This document shows, piece after piece, positions 1-9,183 of a stretch of DNA of 32,000 nt. Position numbers and translations under genes: made by a program. The stretch lies in assembly GCF_000185985.2 (NCBI RefSeq), contig NC_014909.2, forward strand, positions 690,586 to 722,585, read 5' to 3'. The DNA comes from Candidatus Saccharimonadota bacterium (GTDB lineage Bacteria; Pseudomonadota; Gammaproteobacteria; Enterobacterales; Enterobacteriaceae). Under the pieces are notes generated by a model that searched no databases, had not been told where the DNA came from, and worked only from the letters and a program-made list of their open reading frames with translations. Positions within the stretch are counted from its first letter, which is position 1. Each line of letters opens with the position of its first letter.

Positions 1-669
1 AATCAAATAATATATACACACCTTCGTATGTGGCTGTAGCGTTTGTGTGTGCTACGATTGAGCTGTGGTATGATGAATGAAAAAAAATAGTTTATATTTG
101 TGCCCGGCCTTTATTATTATTGTATGCTACCTTCACTATTTTTAGCGGTTAATGTTCTTTAGAGAAAATCTAAAAAGAAATTTGAAGAATAGATTTCTTG
201 TATAGTTATAAGAAGGGTCGGTAATAAGTCTTGGGAAGTAAAGTTGGACTTTTTAGTGAAAGTAACAGTTATATATAAAATATATCATAGAATTATTGAT
301 CAGTAAAAATAAGATATTGTAAAGTGTATTTATTCTTAATGATGAAATTAAAAAATCAATGTTGGGATATACACTTATGGTGGTGTGATGATATTAGTAT
401 AGTATATATGTTTTAAAATTATTTTACTTTCCTTATTTATATAATTAAAATGGTAGAAAAGCATGTGGTATTGTTGTGGGGTCAGAAATAAAAAATCCAT
501 TAAATAAAGATACAAAGTAATGTATAGAGATGACTTATTGAAAATAAGAAATTGATCCGATATGTTCATTGTGTAAAAAATTAAAAATAATAATTTAATA
601 TGCACTAAAGGGCATATATTTAGTATATATCATATATTTTTTATGTAGAAAACTCAGAGATATTGAGAC

Positions 670-1644
670 ATGATTATAGTTACTGGAGGAGCTGGATTTG
701 TTGGTAGAAATATTATAAAAAAGTTGAATGAGGTAGAGAAAAAAGAAATATTAGTAGTCGATAATCTTAGTAATGGTAAAAAATATAGAAATTTAATGAA
801 TTTAGATATTTCAGATTATTTAGATAAAGATTATTTTATAAATAAATTATTAGATAACCCTAGTTATTTTAAAAATATAGAAGTAGTATTCCATGAAGGT
901 GCTTGTTCTAATACAAGGGAATGGAATGGTAAATATTTGATGAAAAATAATTATGAATATTCTAAATTACTTTTATTTTACTGTATAAAATATGAGATTC
1001 CTTTTATATATGCCTCTTCTGCTTCAGTGTATGGATCAAATATGTGCAATGTTTATTGTCGTAATAATAAAATTATTAATTCAATTGAGAATCCGGTTAC
1101 TATGTATGGTTACTCTAAATTTTTATTTGATCGGTATGTACATAATATATTGCCTAAGGTAAAGTCTCAAGTATGTGGTTTACGATATTTTAATATATAC
1201 GGTCCTCATGAATTTCATAAAGGCCGAATGGCAAGTGTTATTTTAAATATATATAAAAAAGTTAAAAATAAAGAAAGTCCTATTTTATTTGTTGGAAGTA
1301 AAAATTTTAAAAGAGATTTTGTATACATAGATGATATAGTGAATGTGAATTTATGGATTTGGTATAATAAAATATCTGGTATTTTTGATTGTGGTACGGG
1401 TCACGCTAGGTCTTTTGAATTTGTCACTAGTATTGTATTAAATCTTTTAAATTATAACACAATAAAGTATGTTACTATGCCAAAAGAAATACAAAAATAT
1501 TATCAATATTTTACAAAAGCAAATATTTCTCAACTTCAAGGGATAGGATATGAAAATAAATTTATTGATGTAAATGAGGGTATTTATAAGTATTTAAATT
1601 GGCTGAATTTATATATGTGTATGATAGTATATTATTTTGTATGA
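670..1644 (+). CDS. hldD: ADP-L-glycero-D-manno-heptose-6-epimerase
   Basis: 324-aa ORF. The N-terminus MIIVTGGAGFVGRNI carries a Rossmann GxxGxxG. FHEGACS, YGYSKFLFD, RYFNIYGP and KRDFVYIDD are colinear with E. coli HldD/RfaD as I recall it. The C-terminus is about 10 aa longer than in E. coli. Confidence 0.95.
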   Translation: MIIVTGGAGFVGRNIIKKLNEVEKKEILVVDNLSNGKKYRNLMNLDISDYLDKDYFINKLLDNPSYFKNIEVVFHEGACSNTREWNGKYLMKNNYEYSKLLLFYCIKYEIPFIYASSASVYGSNMCNVYCRNNKIINSIENPVTMYGYSKFLFDRYVHNILPKVKSQVCGLRYFNIYGPHEFHKGRMASVILNIYKKVKNKESPILFVGSKNFKRDFVYIDDIVNVNLWIWYNKISGIFDCGTGHARSFEFVTSIVLNLLNYNTIKYVTMPKEIQKYYQYFTKANISQLQGIGYENKFIDVNEGIYKYLNWLNLYMCMIVYYFV

Positions 1645-2896
1645 ACAGTGTTAATGATTAATTGTTTGGTAGAAAAAGATACAGTAATAGTGTATATTTT
1701 ATATAAAAATTATTGTTTATGAAATATGGGTTATAATTAAAAGGTTGGTTGTATTGTTTCAATTCGGTATAAATAAATTTATAGTAAATAAAATGATAGG
1801 GTGAAAGAAATAAATCTTATTACTTTCATAATATATTATTATATATAGAACTTTAAAATTATCAGCATATTATTAATAAAGAACAATTATTCGACAACTG
1901 TATGCAAGTAATAGCGTTAATTAATTCATTTAAATTTGTTTTCATATTTTTTATTGGGTACTTTTTTATTAGAGAAAAAAATTAGTTTGATGAAAATAAA
2001 ATGATGCAATATAGGCTTTTATAGAAAATGATATACGTTAAAAATACAGTAGCAATTTTATTCATAATAGAAGATATGATTCTTTATAATATTATGTAGT
2101 ATGATTTAAATATAACAAAAATTTTCAGATTCGTCTTTTTATTGATATTATTTGTATTAAAAAATAAGGTAGTGAAATTCATAATAAATAATTTAGGTTT
2201 AAATTGCATAATTTTTATGTAAATAATTAATTGGGTATGATGATCTTGAATTAACATATGAATTATTAAAATTAGTTCTCTATTATTATTATATAATTTA
2301 AATTTAAAAGTAATTTGTATCATGGATGATACGTAGTAATTTGTAAGATTGTGATAAAATTGATTATCAATAAATAACGTTATTAAATTTGTTAAATTTA
2401 ATAAACTGAAAAAAATTTATTAGAATCTATTGAAATCATACTTCTTTAGAATAAAAAATTTTGGTTTTATTTATGTATTATATATGTCGCAAGGGGTAAT
2501 AATTCAGGGATGGAGTATTTCTCTATAGTAAACGTAGTTTGTAGCAGATAATGTATAATGTATTTTTTTGTATTGGGAAAACATTATTATAAATCACATA
2601 CACAAGCTTATCGTAGGGAGGTTGATGTGAATTCAATAGACATACATATATGATTCATATCATATATGTTACGTACGTTATTTTCTATTCCGATTTTTAG
2701 ATAATAAGTAGTGTTTTGTCATCAAACATAGTATAACAGATATATATTGATATGTAGAATGAATAAAAATCGTCATATTATTCAATATAATGATGATTAT
2801 CATAGGAATTTAATTAAAAAACTTCAATTCAAAAGTATTTAAAGAATTGAAACATTATTGAAGTAATAATTTTAATTTGTTAATGTAAATATTATA

Positions 2897-3877
2897 ATGA
2901 GTACGTATCATGCATTGATTATAAAAATTTCTTCTATGGGAGATATCATCCATACCTTACCTGCGGTGACTGATGCTGCAAATTTTATACCTAATGTATT
3001 ATTTGATTGGGTTGTTGAGGAAACGTTTGCTGAAATTCCACAGTGGCATTTATCCGTATTTCAAGTTATACCCATCAAACTAAGACTGTGGAAAAAGAAA
3101 TGGTATACATTGCGTTCCTGGAAAGAATATAATAATTATATTACACAAGTAGGGGCTAAAAAATATGATGCTATAATTGATGCTCAAGGTTTGTTAAAAA
3201 CATCTTTATTTGCAACATATTTTGCTGTTGGAATAAAGCATGGTTTAGATCGGTTTAGTGCTAAAGAACCTATAAGTTGCTGGGTTTATGATAAGTGTTA
3301 TCGTATTAATAAAATTCAACATGCTATAGAACGTATAAGAAAATTATTTGCTTATAGTTTAGGATATTCAGTCCCATCATGTATAGGACAATACAATATT
3401 CGACATATTTTTCAATCTTGTATAAAAAAGAGTGAGGCCCCATATTTAATATTATTACATTCCACTACTTGTTTACTGAAGTGTTGGCCAGAATCTAGTT
3501 GGCTAATTTTTATACAAAAAGTATTAAAATTTTCAGATTATCGTATAAAAATCCCATTTTGGACAAAACGAGAAGAGTGGTTTGTTAAATGTCTTAAAAA
3601 TTATTTTTCTCAAATTATAGTTTTACCGCATTTAACTTTGTGGGAAGTTTCTATTCAAATTATACAAGCTTCAGCTATTATCTCAGTTGATACTGGATTA
3701 AGTCATCTAGCAGCAGCTTACGATTGTTCTAATCTAACTTTATACGGGCCAACTAATCCAGAATTAATAGGTACGTATGGATTGAATCAAACTATTTTAA
3801 GATCTAAAACAGGACGGATGGATAATCTTCATCCAGAGTTTGTTTGGAGTAAATTTAAAGATAAGTTTTTTACATAA
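2897..3877 (+). CDS. waaC: LPS heptosyltransferase I (GT9 family)
   Basis: 326-aa ORF with an ATG start. IKISSMGDIIHTLPAVTDA, FDWVVEE, YDAIIDAQGL, HAIERIRKLFAYSLGY, VDTGLSHLAAA and LYGPTNP are colinear with E. coli WaaC/RfaC from memory. Confidence 0.9.
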   Translation: MSTYHALIIKISSMGDIIHTLPAVTDAANFIPNVLFDWVVEETFAEIPQWHLSVFQVIPIKLRLWKKKWYTLRSWKEYNNYITQVGAKKYDAIIDAQGLLKTSLFATYFAVGIKHGLDRFSAKEPISCWVYDKCYRINKIQHAIERIRKLFAYSLGYSVPSCIGQYNIRHIFQSCIKKSEAPYLILLHSTTCLLKCWPESSWLIFIQKVLKFSDYRIKIPFWTKREEWFVKCLKNYFSQIIVLPHLTLWEVSIQIIQASAIISVDTGLSHLAAAYDCSNLTLYGPTNPELIGTYGLNQTILRSKTGRMDNLHPEFVWSKFKDKFFT

Positions 3878-4133
3878 TTCTTTTATTTGAGATCCGATAA
3901 AGAATAAGTTTATACATAAAAAATTTTTAGGATTAGTAGAAGTTCCATAAGACTGCATGCAATATTTTATTTTAAACTTTCATTAAATTTTAATTAATTT
4001 ATTTTTTAAAATATTTTACAAGTATAGTAATTAATTTGTTTATAAAAATTCGGTACTTGTTGAGTAGAATTTTATACATAATTAGACCCCTTTATTTTAC
4101 TATTTGGTTTTTATTAAAAATTTATATTTTTAT

Positions 4134-4175
4134 CTCAAACATACAAACCTAATTTTTTAGATTTGTATGTTTGAG
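4134..4175. repeat. Long near-perfect hairpin in the waaC-waaA spacer, 18 of 19 bp paired
   Basis: The left arm at 4134-4152 is ctcaaacatacaaacctaa. The loop at 4153-4156 is tttt. The right arm at 4157-4175 is ttagatttgtatgtttgag. There is a single C/A mismatch at 4148/4161. No U-tract follows in either orientation. Confidence 0.8.
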
Positions 4176-4306
4176 TGAATAAACCATACACTATGAAATA
4201 TACTATCATTAAATCAACATTTTTTATATATATTTATATATAATGATTATAGTATTGGGGAGTTCTATTATATTAGAGATTTGTTTATATTTTAATTAAT
4301 AAATAT

Positions 4307-5611
4307 ATGTATATTTTTTATTTTGTAATATATGACATAATCATGTATATTGTTCAACCTATAATTTGGATCCGGTTGTTGTGGCTTAGTATAAAAGTTC
4401 CTGAATATCGTAAAAATTGGTTAGAACGTTATAGTTATCATTATACTACTATCGGCAGTAGTAAGCTAGGAGGGATAGTATTACATGCGGTATCAGTAGG
4501 AGAAATATTATCGATAGTGCCGTTAATTAAGAAGTTTAAAAAAAAATATCCTAATCTTGCTATTATTGTTACTACAATGACCCCTTCTGGTTTAAAATTA
4601 GCTTGTCAGGTTACGATTAATTATCAGAATGTACAATGTATGTATCTTCCATATGACTTACCTAATGCTGTAAAAAGATTTATTAATCGTATTAAACCTA
4701 AATTATTTATTATTGTGGAAACAGAATTGTGGCCTAATTTAATTAGAACTTTATACTTGTATAAAATTCCTATTGTTATTTTAAATGCTAGATTATCTCA
4801 TTCTGCTTTTAAAAAATACAAAAAAATTAGTTGTTTTTTTAAGTACATTGTTCAATGTATTACTATAGTTCTTGCTCAAGATAAAGAAAATGCGGGTAGG
4901 TTTCTTAAATTGGGGTTAAAAAGGTATCAATTACGTATTATAGGTAATTTAAAATTTGATGTTGTGGTTACTCACGATATATTAAAACAAATTTCAGATT
5001 TAAAACAAAATTGGACTAGAAATCGAATAGTATGGATAGCTGGTAGTACACATCAGGGAGAAGAAAAAATATTGTTGAAAGTACACGAAAATCTTTTAAC
5101 TATATTTCCAAATTTACTTATGATTTTGTCTCCAAGACATCCTGAGCGTTTTTCGCATGTTATTAATATTACTAAAAATTTTGGTTTTTCTTATATCACA
5201 AAAAGTAGTGGAGTAATTCCATCAGAAAATATACAAGTAATTATTAATAATACTATAGGAGAATTAATGTTGTTATATGGAATTTCAGATATAGCTTTTG
5301 TTGGAGGTAGTTTAGTGCCACATGGAGGGCATAATCCTTTAGAACCGGCTACATATGCTATTCCTATAATTATGGGACCTTATGTGTTTAATTTTAATAG
5401 TATTTGTTCTACTTTACATAAATTAGGAGGATTAATTAATATTGTTGATGTTGATTCTTTAATTAAAGTTATGTATCTTTTATTAAAAGATCAAGAACTT
5501 CGTTTACATTATGGGAAGTGTGCTTACAAAGCATTTCAAAAAAATGAAGGAGTAACATCTCAAGCGTTCAATATTTTGAATGATTATTTAACTAAAAATT
5601 ATGTACAATAG
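4307..5611 (+). CDS. waaA: 3-deoxy-D-manno-octulosonic acid (Kdo) transferase
   Basis: 434-aa ORF. VQPIIWIRL, HAVSVGE, VTTMTPSG, YLPYDLP, ETELWPNL, SPRHPERF, GELMLLYG and GGSLVPHGGHNPLEPA are colinear with E. coli WaaA/KdtA (about 425 aa) from memory. Confidence 0.93.
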   Translation: MYIFYFVIYDIIMYIVQPIIWIRLLWLSIKVPEYRKNWLERYSYHYTTIGSSKLGGIVLHAVSVGEILSIVPLIKKFKKKYPNLAIIVTTMTPSGLKLACQVTINYQNVQCMYLPYDLPNAVKRFINRIKPKLFIIVETELWPNLIRTLYLYKIPIVILNARLSHSAFKKYKKISCFFKYIVQCITIVLAQDKENAGRFLKLGLKRYQLRIIGNLKFDVVVTHDILKQISDLKQNWTRNRIVWIAGSTHQGEEKILLKVHENLLTIFPNLLMILSPRHPERFSHVINITKNFGFSYITKSSGVIPSENIQVIINNTIGELMLLYGISDIAFVGGSLVPHGGHNPLEPATYAIPIIMGPYVFNFNSICSTLHKLGGLINIVDVDSLIKVMYLLLKDQELRLHYGKCAYKAFQKNEGVTSQAFNILNDYLTKNYVQ

Positions 5612-5875
5612 TATATGTTAAGTTGATTTAAGAAAATTATATGTATTTAATATATTTTAAAGCAAATGAAAATTTTTAAAGTATGTTTGTTTATTTTTGA
5701 TAAATAAATTATTTTTATATTGTAAAGAATTGCGCTTGTAATTTAAATAATGAGTAATTGTAGTATTTATAAATGACATACTTTGGTATTTTTTATTACG
5801 TTAAAGTGTTATTTTTTATAGATGATAAATTGAATTGTATTGTAAATTTTAAATTAGGTAAATTATTATTTTATA

Positions 5876-6049
5876 TTATTTTTTATTTTTACTTCTTTCT
5901 ACGTATATTACATGTTTTCGTATAATGGGATCATATTTTTTTAATCTTATTTTTTCAATGTTTGAGCGTTTATTTTTTGTAGTACTATAGAAATGCCCAT
6001 TTTTAGAAGAAGAAAATAAATAAATTATTTCACGAATTTCTTTAGCCAT
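5876..6049 (-). CDS. rpmG: 50S ribosomal protein L33
   Basis: This gene is absent from the supplied ORF track because it is only 57 aa. By manual translation the minus-strand ATG is at 6049 and the TAA stop is at 5876-5878. The product is [58 protein letters not shown]. coli L33 is [55 protein letters not shown]. It starts 4 nt after the rpmB stop, as in the rpmBG operon. Confidence 0.9.
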   Translation of the reverse strand: MAKEIREIIYLFSSSKNGHFYSTTKNKRSNIEKIRLKKYDPIIRKHVIYVERSKNKK

Positions 6050-6053
6050 GATT

Positions 6054-6302
6054 TTATTTCTTTTTTGTTATTTTTATATTTTTAGAAGATAAATTTGATA
6101 AATATTGGTCAATACCCAATTTATCAATAAAACGTAGACCTTTAGCAGAAATACGAATTGAACAAAACTTTTTTTTGCTATCTATCCAAATACGATGATA
6201 ATGAATATTTGGAATAAACCAACGTTTGGTTGCATTCATAGAATGAGAACGTTTATTTCCGTTAATGGGACGTTTTCCAGTAATACGACATATTCTAGAC
6301 AT
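6054..6302 (-). CDS. rpmB: 50S ribosomal protein L28
   Basis: 82-aa [42 protein letters not shown] aligns with E. coli L28 [39 protein letters not shown]. Confidence 0.95.
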   Translation of the reverse strand: MSRICRITGKRPINGNKRSHSMNATKRWFIPNIHYHRIWIDSKKKFCSIRISAKGLRFIDKLGIDQYLSNLSSKNIKITKKK

Positions 6303-6942
6303 AATTTTATTTTTCTACTCTCACATATATTTTAAAAATTTATTCAAGTAAGTAGTATAAACTAATTGTTATAATGATAGTAGTTATTTTCGATATTATT
6401 AATTTTAATTATAGTAATTTTTAGATTTTATGTTTATAGTTTATTATGATTGGTTTGAATTATCTTTAAATTATATATATATTGTTTATTTATATTTTGT
6501 AATTTTAATTTTTTTATAGTATTTAGAATATACAAATAATTTTATATAGGAGATTTTTATTTTTTATTATTGTAAAAATTTAACTTTATTTTAGAAATAT
6601 TAATATGTTTTAATTGTATGGTATTTTTTTACATAGGAGAATATTTTTGATTAAATTTATTGAAATGATATTTATTAGCTAATAATAATACCTATTAGGG
6701 GTTAATAGGCGTACGTAAGTAATATTGTACTGAGATTTAAGATAAATTTGATTTTTTTATGAATAAAAGGATAATTTTAATCCTTTTATTATAGTGTGTA
6801 TTTCATTAAAATAAATTTATATGTATATGTTATATTATTTGATTGTAAATTTTAGTTTAATAATTGTTGACGATATTGAATTAAAGGGGGTTTCAAAAAA
6901 GATGGGTTTTGTTATTCATTGTATTTAATTTTAATGAAAAAT

Positions 6943-7398
6943 ATGAAGAAGACCATTGATATAAAAATTGTGGATAATCGAGTGTGTAGGGATTTTCTAT
7001 TACCAAGGTATATGACTGAAGGATCTGCGGGATTAGATTTGTTTGTCTGCCTTGATAGACCTGTTATTATTTATCCTAATAAAACTAAACTTTTTTCTAC
7101 TGGAATTGCGGTATATATTTCTGATCCAAAAATAGCAGGTATCATATTGCCTCGTTCTGGGTTAGGACATTATCATGGTATAATATTAAGTAATTCTGTA
7201 GGGCTTATTGATTCAGATTATCAAGGAGAAATACAGGTTTCTTTATGGAATAGGGGGGAAGAAGAATTTATTCTTACTCCTGGGAAAAGGGTGGCGCAAT
7301 TATTATTTATTTCTCTTGTGCAAGTTCAGTTTTCTTTGGTTACATCTTTTAAATCTTGTAGTATGCGTGGTACTAAGGGTTTTGGTCATTCTATGTGA
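6943..7398 (+). CDS. dut: dUTP diphosphatase (dUTPase)
   Basis: SAGLDL, PRSGLGH, GLIDSDYQGE and RGTKGFGHS match E. coli Dut. The track ORF opens at a TTG (6919). By homology (E. coli MMKKIDVKILD versus MKKTIDIKIVD here) the real start is the ATG at 6943, or possibly the ATG at 6934. Confidence 0.92.
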   Translation: MKKTIDIKIVDNRVCRDFLLPRYMTEGSAGLDLFVCLDRPVIIYPNKTKLFSTGIAVYISDPKIAGIILPRSGLGHYHGIILSNSVGLIDSDYQGEIQVSLWNRGEEEFILTPGKRVAQLLFISLVQVQFSLVTSFKSCSMRGTKGFGHSM

Positions 7399-7516
7399 GA
7401 AGTTATTATAATAATGTAGATTTATCTTAAAACATGTAAATTTTAGTTATGTCAAATATATAAATTGGGTTTTTTGATATCTATGTAATTGATATTTTAT
7501 TATGAATCATTAAATA

Positions 7517-7551
7517 AAACGGGATATTATGAATTGGACCCGTTTGTTTTT
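7517..7551 (+). terminator. Candidate intrinsic terminator downstream of dut
   Basis: A 7-bp stem pairs aaacggg (7517-7523) with cccgttt (7539-7545). It is followed by gttttta. The 15-nt loop is large for a terminator. The element lies about 120 nt after the dut stop. Confidence 0.35.
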
Positions 7552-7739
7552 AGTTACTACAATCATAATTGTATATTTATCAATGAGGTATATTTTTTAA
7601 AAAGCATAATTTATTTTTTATATAAAAATAGCGTGTATTATTTTTAATATACAATGGGAATATGCTTTATATTTGCAAATAAGTGTTTGATGTGAGTGTA
7701 TATTTTGATTTTAATTTTCTAAATATAATAGAGTAAATT

Positions 7740-8612
7740 ATGATTAATAGTATGACTGCTTTTTCAAGGCAAGAGATATCTTATGTATGGGGATGTGGAT
7801 TTTGGGAAGTTCGTTCTTTAAATCAACGTTATTTAGATATTTGTATTGATTTGCCTAAAAATTTTCAGTGTTTATCGTGGACGATTAGGAAAATAATTAA
7901 AACTCATATAGCGCGAGGAAGGATTGAGTGTAATTTAAAATTTGATATAGATTATTGTAATGAGTATTCTAATTTCATTATTAATGAAAATTTGGTTTCC
8001 TTTTTAATAAAATCGGCAGAGAAAATTAAATTAAAAATTCCAGATGGAACTATTGATCTTACAAAAATATTATTTTATCCCGGTGTAATTTCATATGAAA
8101 AATATGATATGAATCATATTTCTAGAGAGTTATTAATTCATTTTAAAAGTGCATTAAATCAATTAATGAAAAATAGGAATGAAGAAGGAATATGTTTAAA
8201 AAAACAATTGGTTGATAGATTATATAAAATTTTTGAAATAATAAAAAAGATTAAGTTATATATTCCTGATTTTTTAAATAAAAAAAGAATAAAACTTTTA
8301 GAGCAAGTACAAAATATTTGCTCAATGGTAGATAAAACTAGATTAGAACAAGAATTATTGGTAATGACCCAAAAATTAGATATTTCAGAAGAAATAGATC
8401 GTTTATTTATTCATATCCAAAGTATGGATAAATGTATTTCTAAAGATAAGGTAGGTCCTATTGGAAGAAAATTAGATTTTGTAATTCAAGAAATACAGAG
8501 AGAAGCTAATACTTTAATTTCTAAATCAGCAGATATGAATATAATACGTTTATCAATTTCTTTAAAAGTACTGGTTGAACAGATTCGCGAGCAGGTACAA
8601 AATATCGAATAA
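7740..8612 (+). CDS. yicC: YicC-family stress-induced protein (putative endoribonuclease)
   Basis: 290-aa ORF. MINSMTAFSRQEI, WEVRSLNQRYLD, the DISEEIDRL region, GRKLDFVIQEIQREANTL and KVLVEQIREQVQNIE are colinear with E. coli YicC, which starts MIRSMTAYARREI and ends LIEQMREQIQNIE. Confidence 0.9.
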   Translation: MINSMTAFSRQEISYVWGCGFWEVRSLNQRYLDICIDLPKNFQCLSWTIRKIIKTHIARGRIECNLKFDIDYCNEYSNFIINENLVSFLIKSAEKIKLKIPDGTIDLTKILFYPGVISYEKYDMNHISRELLIHFKSALNQLMKNRNEEGICLKKQLVDRLYKIFEIIKKIKLYIPDFLNKKRIKLLEQVQNICSMVDKTRLEQELLVMTQKLDISEEIDRLFIHIQSMDKCISKDKVGPIGRKLDFVIQEIQREANTLISKSADMNIIRLSISLKVLVEQIREQVQNIE

Positions 8613-8640
8613 GGAATATAGGATAAGTATATGAATTTTT

Positions 8641-8820
8641 ATTATTATTTTTTAATTTTTTTAATTAAAGGAGTAGAAATCCTAAAATTTTTTTTATTTT
8701 TTTACATCAAATAATATAAAAATATTTAAATTTTTTTTAAAAAAAATGTGTTTAATAAGAAAAATTTCTAATTTTTATTAATTTTTTATTATTAAATAAT
8801 AAAAAAAATCACAAAATATA
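8641..8820. repeat. Ultra-AT low-complexity tract with homopolymer runs
   Basis: My hand count is 14 G/C in 180 nt (7.8%). Several A or T runs of 7-8 nt are present, for example at 8688-8695, 8731-8738, 8739-8746 and 8801-8808. This is clearly more extreme than the other spacers in the window. Confidence 0.85.
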
Positions 8821-9003
8821 AAAAATATATCAAAAAATCCCTTTTTTTTCATTTTTCTTTTTCCAGTTAGGAATATTTCAAATTCTGTAAAACTTCGATA
8901 GAATAAAAATCATTCGTGATTTATATCAATACTCATATATTTTTTATATTGAATTATAAGTTAGGAGGTAAAATTTTTAACAATGATTTTTTGATTAGTA
9001 TTC

Positions 9004-9019
9004 GAGCTATTTATAGCTC
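9004..9019. promoter_or_regulatory. Candidate operator-like palindrome upstream of the MarR gene
   Basis: The sequence GAGCTAT-TT-ATAGCTC has 7-bp perfect inverted arms with a 2-nt centre. It lies 165 nt upstream of the MarR ATG. The geometry fits winged-helix dimer sites, but there is no direct evidence of binding. Confidence 0.25.
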
Positions 9020-9183
9020 TAAAAACGAATTGTCTAAAATTACTTATTGTCTGTACAACATAGAGAGAGTAGTAATTTTCTTGTTTTAGAGTTTCTGGGA
9101 TGTTTTTGTTTATACAGTAACTACACTGTTATTACAAATACAGATCTTATGATTATTTTTAATGCAATTAGAGATATATAATT

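Noticed and set aside
1-130. A slightly GC-richer patch at the window start (gtggctgtagcgtttgtgtgtgctacgattgagctgtgg ... gtgcccggcc). I considered it as the end of a structured RNA gene (5S, tmRNA, RNase P, 6S) or a tRNA.
   Set aside because: I could not fold a cloverleaf or match any RNA I know on either strand. Only a 5-bp stem (gtagc/gctac) is present. An Rfam covariance search would be needed to rule it in or out.
375-605. The 76-aa ORF (- strand) upstream of hldD and the 79-aa ORF at 2084-2323 (- strand) in the hldD-waaC spacer.
   Set aside because: Both translations are I/F/Y/N/K-rich, as expected from random AT-rich DNA. There is no SD, no recognisable domain and no operon logic. The 2084-2323 ORF is on the wrong strand to be a waaF remnant.
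2644-2669. An 11-bp perfect hairpin acatatatgat-tcat-atcatatatgt in the hldD-waaC spacer.
   Set aside because: It is almost entirely A/T. My rough estimate is that about one 11-bp perfect hairpin is expected by chance in 32 kb at this composition. The same reasoning applies to the many 6-8-bp AT palindromes in the other spacers.
6886-6928. A GGGGG run followed by ATG GGT TTT GTT ATT CAT TGT ATT TAA (6902-6928), considered as an upstream mini-ORF or leader for dut.
   Set aside because: The spacing from the G-run to the ATG is about 11 nt. The ORF is 8 codons with no attenuator-like structure. It is indistinguishable from chance.
7208-7411. The 67-aa + strand ORF overlapping the 3' end of dut in another frame. 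The same applies to the similar shadow ORFs at 10097-10324, 13204-13422, 16905-17120, 17564-17845, 19831-20112, 20070-20285, 22903-23088, 23837-24052, 25682-25960, 27194-27457, 28923-29147 and 29869-30123.
   Set aside because: Each lies inside or antisense to a gene with strong homology support. Their translations are low-complexity and lack recognisable motifs or SD sequences. They are typical shadow ORFs.
8631-8714. A 27-codon ORF (MNFYYYFLIFLIKGVEILKFFLFFYIK) just after yicC, and a 24-codon - strand ORF starting at 8852 (MKKKGFFDIFFIFCDFF...), both in the ultra-AT tract.
   Set aside because: Their composition is simply a translation of poly-T/poly-A DNA. There is no convincing SD and I can assess no conservation. 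I do not report them as genes.
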